A stretch of 64,000 nt of DNA from contig OZ219790.1 of the NCBI GenBank assembly GCA_964291215.2, positions 864,001 through 928,000 on the forward strand, written 5' to 3'. The position numbers and the translations under genes were made by a program. The stretch is from Alphaproteobacteria bacterium (GTDB lineage: Bacteria > Pseudomonadota > Alphaproteobacteria > MPNO01 > UBA830). This document shows, piece after piece, positions 17,653 through 28,029 of this stretch. Every line of letters begins with the position of its first letter. Within the stretch, counting starts at the first letter, position 1. The notes beneath the pieces were generated by a model that did no database searches, was not told the origin of the DNA, and saw only the letters and a program-made list of their open reading frames with translations.

Positions 17653-18861
17653 ATGAAAATTGGACAAACGATCTATCTGGACCATCAGGCCACGACGCCT
17701 TTGGATCCGCGCGTCTTGGCCGAAATGGCTCCCTGCCACGGCGAATCGTTCGGGAATCCGCACTCCTCGGATCACAGCTTCGGCTGGCAGGCCGCGCGTG
17801 CGATTGAAGAAGCCGCTGCGCGATTCGCACGGTTCATCGGAGCGGACCCCGACGAAGTCTTTTTCACCTCCGGCGCAACCGAATCCAACAACATGGCGTT
17901 GCTCGGGCTCGGACGCAGGGCCGCCCGGGGAGACCGCCGCCGTATCCTGGTCAGTGCCATCGAGCACAAGTGCGTGCTCGCATCGGTTCGAGCGCTTGAA
18001 GAACAGTACGGGTACGCCGTCGAGCGGATCCCGGTGGACCGACAGGGCCTCGTCGATCTCGAGGCGTTTGACGACATGCTCGGCGAAGACATCCTCGTTG
18101 TGTCGGTCATGGCCGTGAACAACGAAATCGGATCGATTCAGGATATCGAGACCATATCCGATCGTGTTCGTCCGCATGGGATCGTGTTTCATTGCGATGC
18201 GGCACAAGCGCCTCTCGGCATGCCGAGAGGCGCGCTTGCAATGCATGCGGACCTGCTGAGTTTCTCCGGTCACAAGATGTACGGTCCGAAAGGGGTCGGA
18301 ATCATCTTCATCGCGCGCGCGCTGCAAGACCGGATCGAACCGCTGATTTACGGCGGTGGTCAGCAGGACGGGCTTCGCTCGGGAACGCTCCCGGTGCCGC
18401 TCTGCGTGGGCATGGGCGCGGCCAGTCATTTGCTGAACAGCGAAGAAGCGCGAAAGAAACTCGAGGAACTGTCCCTCCGCCGCGACGCTTTCGTGCGTCT
18501 CCTGACAGGTCTGGACCGGTCCGTTCGATCAATCGGCCCCGAAGGCGAGTCACGGCATCCGGGCAATGCAAGCATCTGTTTCCACGGGTTCTCGGCGCAC
18601 GAGATACTCGGGGCGCTTCAACCCCGTCTTGCCGCTTCAACAGGCTCTGCGTGCACATCGGGTATTCCGGAGCCGTCTCATGTGCTGAGGGCGGTCGGCC
18701 TCAACAGTGACGATGCTGAAGCGACCATACGTTTCAGCCTGGGCTTCGGAACGACCGATGAAGACATCGGGCAAGCCGTGGCGCTGATTGAAGAGGTCTT
18801 GGCGAAAATGCTCAAAGCCGGATCGCGGAATGTCAGGCCCAACTTCAACAGTGACGATTAA
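17653..18861 (+). CDS. sspA: Cysteine desulfurase (IscS/DndA/SspA-like)
   Basis: YLDHQATTP, FTSGATESNN, HCDAAQ, PLP-lysine SGHKMYGPKG, catalytic Cys STGSAC; divergent from the DUF4007 operon. Confidence 0.8.
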   Translation: MKIGQTIYLDHQATTPLDPRVLAEMAPCHGESFGNPHSSDHSFGWQAARAIEEAAARFARFIGADPDEVFFTSGATESNNMALLGLGRRAARGDRRRILVSAIEHKCVLASVRALEEQYGYAVERIPVDRQGLVDLEAFDDMLGEDILVVSVMAVNNEIGSIQDIETISDRVRPHGIVFHCDAAQAPLGMPRGALAMHADLLSFSGHKMYGPKGVGIIFIARALQDRIEPLIYGGGQQDGLRSGTLPVPLCVGMGAASHLLNSEEARKKLEELSLRRDAFVRLLTGLDRSVRSIGPEGESRHPGNASICFHGFSAHEILGALQPRLAASTGSACTSGIPEPSHVLRAVGLNSDDAEATIRFSLGFGTTDEDIGQAVALIEEVLAKMLKAGSRNVRPNFNSDD

Positions 18862-18925
18862 AAATATTCGATATCACAACGAGTTATACCGGCACGGCCG
18901 AGTGTACCCACTACATTTCGTTGAT

Positions 18926-19363
18926 TTGCCGTGAAAATTATTGGGGATCGGGCGCGCAAAAACCCCTCCCCGCCAAAGCACTGCTCCCGAGGCGTCCGAT
19001 ACTCGCCATCTGCGGCACCCGTCTTGCGGACCGTGACCGGTAGGCAACCCCGTAAAAGCCCGAAGTCCCGCCCGCGCGGCCGGCACCTGTTTTCATGATA
19101 CGGGGTGGCCGACCCGCCCGGCAATGAAGGTTTTGAGGGGATCAGGCTTTGTGTTCGCGCCATTGCCGTGAAAATTATTGGGGATCGGGCGCGCAAAAAC
19201 CCCTCCCCGCCAAAGCACTGCTCCCGAGGCGTCCGATACTCGTCATCTGCGGCACCCGTCTTGCGGACCGTGACCGGTAGGCAACCCCGTAAAAGCCCGA
19301 AGTCCCGCCCGCGCGGCCGGCACCTGTTTTCATGATACGGGGTGGCCGACCAGCCCGGCAATG
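18926..19363. repeat. Two 201-bp direct repeats (18926-19126, 19163-19363) separated by 36 bp
   Basis: Copies differ at only two positions by eye; both begin TTGCCGTGAAA and end CGGCAATG. Confidence 0.95.
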
Positions 19364-19531
19364 GACGTTTGCCGTGAAACAGATTCGGCCGAAGGGCGCG
19401 CGGAGGGGTTCCAACGCCGTGTTGCGGAGTTGGGGTCGGTGGCCGAGATCGGCGCGGCAGGGACGAGCGTTGGACTTCCCCGATGTGGCCCGTAGCAGTC
19501 CCGCGTTGCCGGCTGGCGTGTTTCAGGGGGC

Positions 19532-20785
19532 TCAGGCGGCCTTGAGTTCTGGCGCGTTGACGGGTGCGATGTAGCCGTATCGTCGGAGCATTCGGATCCA
19601 GCGCGGGGCGTTGCGTTTGACCATCAGAGCGTCGTAGTCGGCGGTGCGGTCGTAGTAGGGCGTGGCGGTCTTGAGGACGACATGGATGATGCGCAGCATC
19701 TTGTGGGCGCCGGCGACGATGGCGCGCTTGTAGCCGCGCCGTGCGGCAAGCGCGCGGTGGTGGGCCTCGAACTGGCATCCTTTGGTTCGGGCGGCGCCGT
19801 GGGCGCACTCGACGAGACTGGCGCGCAGGGTTCTGGAGCCCTTTCGGGTGCGCGCGTTGCGGCGCTTTCCGCCGCTCTCGTTGTTGCCGGGGCACAGCCC
19901 GGCCCAGGCGGCGAAGTGCTCCCTGGAGGCGAAGGCCTCGATATCGGGTCCGATCTCGATCAGGATGGTCGAGGCGGCGGTGCGGTCGATCCCGGGGATG
20001 GTGGTCAGCAGACGGAGCTGCTGCTCCCACGGCGTCATCTGCCCGTCGATCCTGTCAGTGCAGGAGGCGATGCGCGCCTCCAGCGCGTCATGCTCCGCCA
20101 GCAGGTCGCCGAGCATGAAGCGGTCGTTGTCGCCCAGGCTGAGCGAGAGCGCCTCGCCGAGCCCTTCCAGCTTGCTGGCGACATGGCCGGTGAGCGAGGC
20201 AAGAATGACCTCGCGCTCCACGCCCTGCGCCAGGCCGTCGAGGATCCTGCGCCCGTTGAGTCCGAAGACGTCGGAGAGGATGCCGCCGATGCGCACGCCG
20301 GCGCGGTCGATGATCTTCTGGACGCGGTTGCGCACGGTGGAGCGCTGCCTGACCAGAACCCGCCGCTGGCGGCTCAGGGCGCGCAACTCCCGGAACGGCT
20401 CGGGCGGCACATGGGACGGCGTGCAGAGCCCGAACTGGCACACGCAGGCCAGCCATACGCTGTCGGCCACGTCGGTCTTGCGCCCCTTCAACTGCTTCAC
20501 CTGCTGCGCGTGCACCAGGATCGCCTCGATCCCGGCCGCTTCCAGGGCCGCGAAGGGCGCCTGCCAGTAGATGCCGGTCCCTTCCATCACCGCAGCCTCG
20601 ACGCCGTGTGCGCTCAGCCAGGAGACCATCGCCTCCAGACCGCTGGGCAGCGTGCCGAAGCAGCGCGTCTCGACCACCGGCTCGCCCTCGCCCTCGCACA
20701 GGCGAACCGTCGCGGTAATCTCCATCTTGTGCACGTCCAGACTCGCCGCGCGCGCCCGGACAACATGCAAGCCTTCCGTCTTCAT
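19532..20785 (-). CDS. IS110-family recombinase/transposase
   Basis: DEDD residues (LDVHK, MEGTG, KTDVADS), TIPGI, catalytic Ser region PGNNESGG; intact ORF. Confidence 0.95.
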   Translation of the reverse strand: MKTEGLHVVRARAASLDVHKMEITATVRLCEGEGEPVVETRCFGTLPSGLEAMVSWLSAHGVEAAVMEGTGIYWQAPFAALEAAGIEAILVHAQQVKQLKGRKTDVADSVWLACVCQFGLCTPSHVPPEPFRELRALSRQRRVLVRQRSTVRNRVQKIIDRAGVRIGGILSDVFGLNGRRILDGLAQGVEREVILASLTGHVASKLEGLGEALSLSLGDNDRFMLGDLLAEHDALEARIASCTDRIDGQMTPWEQQLRLLTTIPGIDRTAASTILIEIGPDIEAFASREHFAAWAGLCPGNNESGGKRRNARTRKGSRTLRASLVECAHGAARTKGCQFEAHHRALAARRGYKRAIVAGAHKMLRIIHVVLKTATPYYDRTADYDALMVKRNAPRWIRMLRRYGYIAPVNAPELKAA

Positions 20786-20955
20786 CCTCTTCTCCTCATT
20801 GCGCGCTCTCGCCACGATCGCACAGGATCACGATGTGGCATCGCCACGGTGGAGGCGGGGACAGCGGTCGGAAGGACACGCATCCGCCATGCGGGTGCGG
20901 TTCGTTTTGCCGCGCGTCCACGGCCAATGGCCGGGCACAATACGGGGTGCGGATC

Positions 20956-22407
20956 GATCGTGTCCCGAGCCGTGGTGTAAGAGCCTGGCGCCCGTGGCGG
21001 TGTCCGGCGGGTAGGGCCGGTAGGCTCATGCTGCCACGGCGGGCAGCTTGACGGTTGCATTGTCGCTCACGGGAGCGATGGATTCCAGCGTTACGTATCT
21101 GGCTCTCTGGACGGCCCATTCGTCGTTCTGCTCGAGCAGGATGGCACCGATCAGGCGGGTGATGGCGTTCTCGTTGGGGAAGATGCCGACGGTGTTGGTG
21201 CGCCGCTTGATCTCGCCATGGAGGCGTTCGAGCGGGTTTGTGGAGTGCAGCTTGGCGCGATGCGCGGCCGGGAAGGTCATGTAGGCGAGAACATCGTGCT
21301 CGGCCTCGTCCATGATGGCGGCGAGCTTCGGCGCCTTGGGCCTGAGCTGGTCGGCGACCTGGCGCCACTGGGCGGAGGCGCTGTCTGCATCCTCCTGGGC
21401 GAAGGCGGTGGTGACGAAGGCGGAGACGACGCGCCGGCCCTGCTTGCCGGCATGGGCGAGCAGGTTGCGCATGAAATGCACGCGGCATCTCTGCCATGTG
21501 GCGCCGAGGATGCGGGTCGCGGCGGCCTTCAGGCCCTTGTGGTCGTCGGAGATCACCAGCTTGACGCCGCGCAGGCCGCGCCGGGCGAGCGAGCGCAGGA
21601 AGTCGGTCCAGAAGGTCTCGGCCTCGGACGCGCCGATCGCCATGCCGAGCACCTCGCGCCGGCCCTGGTCGTTGACCGCCACCGCGATGGTGACCGCGAC
21701 CGAGACGATGCGCCCGGCCTCGCGCATCTTCACATAGGTCGCGTCCAGCCACAGATACGGCCAGTCGCCCTCCAGCGGCCGGTCGAGGAAGTCGCGGATC
21801 TTGTCGTCGATCTCGCCGCACAGCCTGGACACCTGGCTCTTGGAGATGCCCGACATGCCCATCGCCTGCACCAGGTCGTCGACCGAGCGGGTGGATACGC
21901 CCTTGATGTAGGCCTCCTGGATCACCGCCGTCAGCGCCTTCTCCGCCATCCGCCGCGGCTCAAGGAAGCCCGGGAAGTAGCTCCCCTTGCGCAGCTTCGG
22001 GATCTTCAGCTCGACCGTGCCGGCGCGCGTCTCCCAGACCCGGTCGCGGTAGCCGTTGCGGTGCGTGATCCGGTCCGGCGAACGCTCGCCGTGCCCGGCG
22101 CCCGCAAGGCCCTCAACCTCAAGCGCCATCAGACGCGCGGCCGTGAACCCGATCATCTCGCGAAGCAGATCGGCGTCGGAACTCTTCTCCAACAGCGCCC
22201 GCAGGGTCATCATGTCGGTGGTGGTCATCGTGGTACTCCTCCGGTCGGATGGACTGTGGAAGCCCAACCCTACCGGCACCGCGATGGCCATCCGCTATGG
22301 ATAAGTGGCCCGCCGCCGCCAGACTCCAGACGGTCGCGGCGGCGGGCCACTTACCCACAGCTACCGATGGTGGCTCCAGCTCCTACACCACGCCTGGGGG
22401 CACGACC
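20956..22407 (-). mobile_element. IS256-family element, intact (transposase 21026-22228)
   Basis: [35 protein letters not shown] motifs; imperfect terminal IRs; 9-bp TSD GTGCGGATC at 20947-20955 and 22408-22416. Confidence 0.95.
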
Positions 22408-23039
22408 GTGCGGATCCGACCGCCGGAAGCAGTTTTGGCGTCGGGAACTACGTCACCGATAAAGCAACGCTCACGCGTCCCCGCCTCCGCCATCAGCCAC
22501 CCTGCCACAGCAGAAGCCGCCAAGCCCCTGTTTCATCAAACGGGGCGGCTCAGAACGCAGAGACCATGAAGGTTTTGGGCGTTTGGAGATGCGCTGCGGC
22601 TCGTTGTCTGGTTTCTTTCGCTGCCCCGGGCGCGTCCGGAGCGTTTGATGATCGGGCCGGGGGCAATTTTCGCGCCGATCCGGTGCTCATCGGGACCGAC
22701 CGGGCGCGCGTTTTCCTCCGGCGTCGTGCCGGTGGGTTTTCAGTGGCGCTGTGTGGCGCGGGGCTCAGGCGGTCGAGGGCGTCGGCGGCGGCATGGCGAG
22801 GCCCATACGCCGGCGTGCCGCCATCAGATGCGTGCCGCCGTTGCCGAGCACGAGTGTAATCTGGCGGCCATGGTGGACGACCCGGGCGACGAGGTGGATC
22901 CACATCGCGCGCAGAGCGATAAACCCTCACCATTCCTTCACCCGCTCGGTGAAAACCAGATGCACAACCCCGTTGCGCTCAAATCAGCCTACACAAGCGA
23001 TCAGAACACTCTCCACCCCACCAAAGCTCGCCGATCAGG

Positions 23040-23470
23040 GAGGCCTATGACAGCGCCAAAAACCGCCAACTCGCCCACAAAAGAGGCGCCCTGACCGTCA
23101 TCCCCTACCGCAAGAACACCAAAAACAGGCCAAAGTGGTTCGCAAGGGCGCTCTACAGGGCACGCGCCCGCGCCGAACAGGCTGTCGGCAAGCTCAAACG
23201 CTTCAAGCGCATCGCCCTGCGCTGCGAAAAGACCGCCACTAACTTCAGTTCCTTCGTCGCACTCGCCACCGCATTCATCTTGATCAAATCCGTCCACAGA
23301 ACCTAGGGTTCCTCTTTTCCGGGCGAGTTGGCGGTTTTTGGCGCCGCCATAGGCCTTGTCGGCGACGACAGCGCGGGTCCGATGTGCATCAGGGTCTCGG
23401 AATGCGGACAGTCCGCGGCCTCGCGGCCGGTCAGGCCGAAGGCGGCCGGCAGGCTGTCGAAATCCGTCTT
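23040..23470. pseudogene. Two opposed IS5-family (IS427-like) transposase fragments
   Basis: Plus strand AYDSAKNRQLA...KLKRFKRIALRCEKTA; minus strand VVADKAYGGAKNRQLARKRG. Confidence 0.7.
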
Positions 23471-23495
23471 CAAGGATCACCTCCCGGACCGCGGC

Positions 23496-24668
23496 CTACA
23501 GGATGTCGGCGGCGATGCTGTTCGCGATTCGCGCGGCCGCCTCGTGCACCGACTCGCGCGCGAGATGCGCATAGCGCGCCGTGGTCTCGACCTGGCTGTG
23601 GCCGAGCAGCTTGCCGATCATCGGCAGGGACTCCCCGAGCGCCAGGGCCCTGGACGCGTAGCTGTGGCGGAGGTCGTGAAGCCGCACGCCCTTGAGCCCG
23701 GCGCGCTCCCGGAGGGTCTGCCAGGCGCCGTCGATGTCGGTCATGTGCGTGCCCGGCCTGTGCCCCGGAATGACCCAGGGATTGCCGGGCCTGCGGGGCA
23801 GCGCCGCCAGCAGCCGCACCGCCGAGGGCGGCAGCGGCACCGCGCGCGGGCCGGTCTTCGCGTCGGCCAACGCCAGCTCGCCCGCGTCCAGGTCCACGTC
23901 GTCCCACCTCAGCGTCAGGATCTCGTTCTTGCGGCACCCGGTCAGCATCAGCAGCCGGATCGCCGTCACCGCGCCCGCCGACGCGCCGCCCTGCGTCTCC
24001 GCCCCGTCCAGCACCCGGCCCAGCTTCTCGAACTCCGCCCCGGTCAGAAACCGCTCGCGGCGTTTCGACGGGTACCTCGTCAACGACCCGCACGGGTTGA
24101 CCCCGTCCGCCACCATGCCCCAGCCCTCGGCCAGACGGTACATGTGCGAGAGCGTTGCCACCGCCATGTTCGCCATCGCGGGCCGGTCGCCGAGACCGTG
24201 ATGCAGCTCCAGGACATCGCGGGGCTCGACCGCCGCCAGCGCCAGACCGCCGAGCCCGGGCACGATGTGCCGCTCGACCACGCTGCGCGTCGTCCTCGCG
24301 GTCTTGGGCTTGCAGCGCACCGCCACATGCTCCTCGAGGTAGCGCGCCGCGAGGTCGGCCACGGTCGGCCCCTGCGCCAGCTTCGCCGCCAGCGGCTCCG
24401 GCACCGGGTCCTCGCCCGCCTTCACCCGCGCGATGACCAGCGCCGCCCGGCGCCTGGCCTCCTCCGCGTTGAGCACCCCGTGACGGCCCACCGTGACACG
24501 CCTCGGCCCCCCGGGTCCCCGCGCCTGCGCGACATAGACCCTGCCGCCGCCGGGATAGGCCCGCACCCCGAAGCCCTTCAGCTCACGGTCCCAGAACACC
24601 GTGTCCCGCTCCACTTCCAGCGCCGCCACCATGCGGTTGGAGATCGTCCGCCTGCGCGTTCCCCTCAT
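23496..24668 (-). CDS. Tyrosine integrase with N-terminal arm-binding domain (copy 1)
   Basis: FWDRELKGFGVR arm domain; catalytic TGCR, KTG, HDLRHS, LGH, RYAH. Confidence 0.92.
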   Translation of the reverse strand: MRGTRRRTISNRMVAALEVERDTVFWDRELKGFGVRAYPGGGRVYVAQARGPGGPRRVTVGRHGVLNAEEARRRAALVIARVKAGEDPVPEPLAAKLAQGPTVADLAARYLEEHVAVRCKPKTARTTRSVVERHIVPGLGGLALAAVEPRDVLELHHGLGDRPAMANMAVATLSHMYRLAEGWGMVADGVNPCGSLTRYPSKRRERFLTGAEFEKLGRVLDGAETQGGASAGAVTAIRLLMLTGCRKNEILTLRWDDVDLDAGELALADAKTGPRAVPLPPSAVRLLAALPRRPGNPWVIPGHRPGTHMTDIDGAWQTLRERAGLKGVRLHDLRHSYASRALALGESLPMIGKLLGHSQVETTARYAHLARESVHEAAARIANSIAADIL

Positions 24669-25846
24669 GCCGCGCTCCGCTCCGGCGCCACGTGAACGCC
24701 GATGCTCTCGCCCACCCGGCCCGCCGCCGCCCTCTCCGCGTCGCGCACCAGATGCGCATAGCGCGCCGTCGTCGCCACCCGGGAATGACCCAGCAGCCGC
24801 CCGATCATGCTCAGGCTCTCCCCCAGCGCCAGCGCCCGGCTTGCATACGAATGGCGGGCGTCGTGAAGGCGCACATCCCTGAGGCCGGCTCTCGCGGTGA
24901 TGCGCCGCCAGTAGTAGTCCAGGTTGACCAGATGAGTATCCCGCTTGCGGCCCGGCACGATCCACGGACTGCCGTCCGACCGGTCGATGCCGTCGAGCAC
25001 CTTCACCAGCGGCGGGGTCAGCGGCACCATGCGCGGCCCCGACTTCGCGTCCCTCAACCGCAGTTCGTTCGCCACCCGGTCCACGTCGTCCCACCGCAGC
25101 GTCAGGATCTCGCTCTTGCGGCAGCCGCTCAGGATCAGCAGCCGGATCGCCGCCACCGCCTGCGGCCACGGCGCCGATTTCGACGCCGCCTCGCGCAGCG
25201 CCTCGCCCAGACGGCGGTATTCTTCCGGCGTCAGGAAGCGCTCGCGCGTGTGTTCCCGGTAGTAGCGCAGCGACCGGCACGGGTTGGAGCCGCGCGGCGC
25301 CAACTCCCAGCTCTCCGCCAGCTTGTACATCTTCGACAGGACCGCCGCGGCGGTGTTGGCCATGTAGGGGGTGCCACGCAGCCGGTGGTGCAGCCCGGCC
25401 GCGGCCTCCCGCCCCACATCCCCGAGCGCCCTGCCGCCGAGCGCCGGCAGGATGTGCAGGTCCAGCACCGTCCGGTAGAGCGCCGCCGTCTTCGGCTTGC
25501 AGTGCATCGCCACATGCTTCTCCATGTAGCGCGCCGCCAGCCCGGCCACGGTGAGCGCCGGCGCCGCAGGCGCCGGACAGGGCTCCTCGCCCCGCTTGAT
25601 CCGGTCGATCGCCGCCGCCGCGCGCGTTCTTGCCTCCTCGACGGTGATCTCGCCATGTCTGCCGAGCCGGGCGCGCTTCAGCCCGCCCGGCCCCCGGGAC
25701 TGGACCACGTAGACCTTGCGCCCGGTGGCATGGATGCGGACGCCGAAGCCCGCGAGGTCGCGGTCCCAGAAGGTGGCGTCGTCGCGATCGACGCTGAGCG
25801 CATCGACGGTGCGCTTGGTGATCCTGAGAGTGCTTCGCTTGGGCAT
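24665..25846 (-). CDS. Tyrosine integrase with N-terminal arm-binding domain (copy 2)
   Basis: FWDRDLAGFGVR; SGCR, KSG, HDARHS, LGH, RYAH; stop overlaps the start of copy 1 (ATGA). Confidence 0.92.
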   Translation of the reverse strand: MPKRSTLRITKRTVDALSVDRDDATFWDRDLAGFGVRIHATGRKVYVVQSRGPGGLKRARLGRHGEITVEEARTRAAAAIDRIKRGEEPCPAPAAPALTVAGLAARYMEKHVAMHCKPKTAALYRTVLDLHILPALGGRALGDVGREAAAGLHHRLRGTPYMANTAAAVLSKMYKLAESWELAPRGSNPCRSLRYYREHTRERFLTPEEYRRLGEALREAASKSAPWPQAVAAIRLLILSGCRKSEILTLRWDDVDRVANELRLRDAKSGPRMVPLTPPLVKVLDGIDRSDGSPWIVPGRKRDTHLVNLDYYWRRITARAGLRDVRLHDARHSYASRALALGESLSMIGRLLGHSRVATTARYAHLVRDAERAAAGRVGESIGVHVAPERSAA

Positions 25847-26029
25847 GGCGTCATTCCCGTGATCAAACCGCACATGAGCGGCATCGAACCGGGGCGCATT
25901 CAAACGCATCCATGGCGCAGATGCAAGAGGCGAAAGCGACCGGGTATTTCAGGTAATCATAGGGAATACAAGGCATTATCATCTTCGGAGGTAGCCAGGC
26001 GCATGAGTGACATGGTCGAAAAAATGTAA

Positions 26030-26818
26030 CCTGTCTTTGAGTCGCGCAGCCGTATCTCGCCGGTGTCGAAGTTGAGGTCGTCCTACCGCAGGCCGAGGAT
26101 CTCGTTGCGCCGGCAGCCGGTCAGCACGAGAAGATAGATGGCGGCCGCCGCATGGGGGGACGCCCGGCGGGCGCGGTCCTGAGCGCCTCGCCGGGAGAGT
26201 TCCTCGCGGGTGAGGAAGCGCTCGTGCTTCTCGACCCTGAAACGGGGCACGCTCCGGGCCGGGTTGCGCCCCGAGGGACACCAGCCCCACTCGTCGGCCA
26301 GATTGAACATCTTGACCAGAATGTCGGCCGCCCGGTTGGCGACGGTGGGGCTGTGATGCAGCGCGTCGTGGAAGCGCAGGATGTCCTTGTGCCCGACCTC
26401 GGCGACGAGACGCCCGCCGAGTGCGGGCACGATGTGCTTGCGCAGCGTGATCCGGTAGCGGGAGACGGTGGCCGGCTTGCAGTGCATCTCGACATGTTCG
26501 CGGAAGTAGCGGTCCGCGAGGTCGGCGACGGTGGGATCGTTGGCCGGGTCCTGCGGGGGCTGCCCCGTCTTGATGCGGACGATGACCTCGGCGGCCTCCT
26601 TGCGGGTCGGCGGAGAGCGGGTTGCCGTGCTCGCCGAGGGTCACGCGTCTGGAACGGCCGAAGGCTCGCGTCTGGACGACGAAGACCTTCTTGCCGCTCG
26701 CGTAGACGCGCAGGCCGAAACCGGGCAGCTCGCGGTCCTAGTAGACGGTGTCCCTGCCATCGGCGGGAAGACTGTCGACGATACGCTTGGAGAGGGTGCG
26801 GTACTGGCGTTGCGTCAT
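26030..26818 (-). pseudogene. Third integrase paralog, disrupted and C-terminally truncated
   Basis: DRELPGFGLRVY, MHCKPAT, LTGCRRNEILGLR; premature stops and frameshifts; ends near SKTG. Confidence 0.85.
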
Positions 26819-27149
26819 GGCGTCCTGCTCCGGAGACGAGGGCGTTCGGTCATGGCGACGATGAAAACGACGATGCCGGCTCCGCGTTCCGGCAGGTCCG
26901 GTCCGAATTCGGTCTGCGCCATCGCTCCCTCCGTCACGGCCTCGCCGAACCGGATTCGACGGATGGCGTCCTGCGGCGGAACGGGTCGATTTTCTCGTAA
27001 GCGCAGCGGGAATGCGAGCGTGCGAAACGGGTCGTAAGCACTCGCTCTCTTGTCTCGTTTGGCGACTGTGGGTTCCATGGCCGCAATCTGACGGACTAAA
27101 ATAATCCTGTCAACGCAACCAGTTATGTCACACATGCCTCAAATGGAAG

Positions 27150-27786
27150 GGCCTGGCAAGGATGCCGAAGTGGGTGCTTCGTGGAGAGTTATTTACTTGC
27201 CCCAGTCCGCATCGGGGTTCGGGGTCTTCCCCCTGTCCCCGGCAACCCGGCCCGTCGAGTGGCTCGCCACCGCCTTGCCGTCGTACCCGGGATGGCGCCC
27301 GAAATCCGGCAACTCCTCGAACAGCGACGCGCGAAAGCTGTCGATCATCGCCGATACCAGGCCGCGCTCGTTCTCAAGCCGCACCACGCGTCCCAGAAAG
27401 CGCGAGAAGTTCCAGGAGCCCGGCACCGTCGAGCGCAACGGCGCCGGATGCCTCACCACGCTTGTCCCCTCGCTCCTCTCGCAAAGCTTCATCACCGGCG
27501 CACTCTGGAAGGGCAGCGCCTCGAAGCCGCAAATCCCAAGCAATGCCGGGTTGCGGCCCAACTCCCGCAGCAGCGACTGGATCGAGGCATGCCGGAACAC
27601 GATCCCCGCGATCAACGCACGCCACATCGCCCGCACCGGATAGTCGTTCCGCCCGCGACCCGCCTCAAGCGCCGCCACAACCTTCTCGTCGGGGAGCGTG
27701 TCGAGCACCACACGCAGACGCTCAAGGTCCGCAAGGCCTTCCACAGACCTCCACGAAAAGGCTAACTTCTCCGCTGTCGCCATCAC
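27150..27786 (-). pseudogene. DUF772-type (IS1182/IS5-like) transposase, truncated
   Basis: DLERL..VLDTLPDE, GRNDYPVRAMWRA, DGKAV, DADWGK. Confidence 0.65.
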
Positions 27787-28029
27787 GTTCTCACAATCAG
27801 CGCTGGTGGAGGGAACAAGGGTCGAAGGCCCGATGGCGACACCTTCTACTCATTCCCGCGCCTCAACGCGACGACGCCCGAAAACCAGCCCGCGCACGGC
27901 CATGGGGTGGAAATCCACAAAAACCTTCCCTTCAAGCCGCAAAAACCCCGGAAATCAGCCATGCTGACAGGGTAAGAAAAATCTCAAACCTCCGCGAAAC
28001 CTTGCTCAGAAAGCACTTCCAAACAGCGC

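Noticed and set aside
17653-18861. Housekeeping iscS/nifS
   Set aside because: No isc/suf neighbours; its position beside DUF4007 and PAPS-reductase genes favours a phosphorothioation role.
18870-18895. attC-like CACAAC...GTTATAC after the desulfurase
   Set aside because: The boxes are only 2 nt apart with no stem, and there is no integron integrase.
18926-19380. CRISPR or TIGR array interpretation of the repeats with a 36-bp spacer
   Set aside because: The repeat is 201 bp with only two copies, and no cas gene is present; the geometry fits neither array type.
23496-25280. 594-aa integrase as given in the ORF track
   Set aside because: The extension is an alternative frame of the upstream integrase; the homologous start is the ATG at 24668.
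23496-26818. RIT element
   Set aside because: The genes are close paralogs with arm-binding domains, the third is separate and broken, and no RIT-type terminal IRs were seen.
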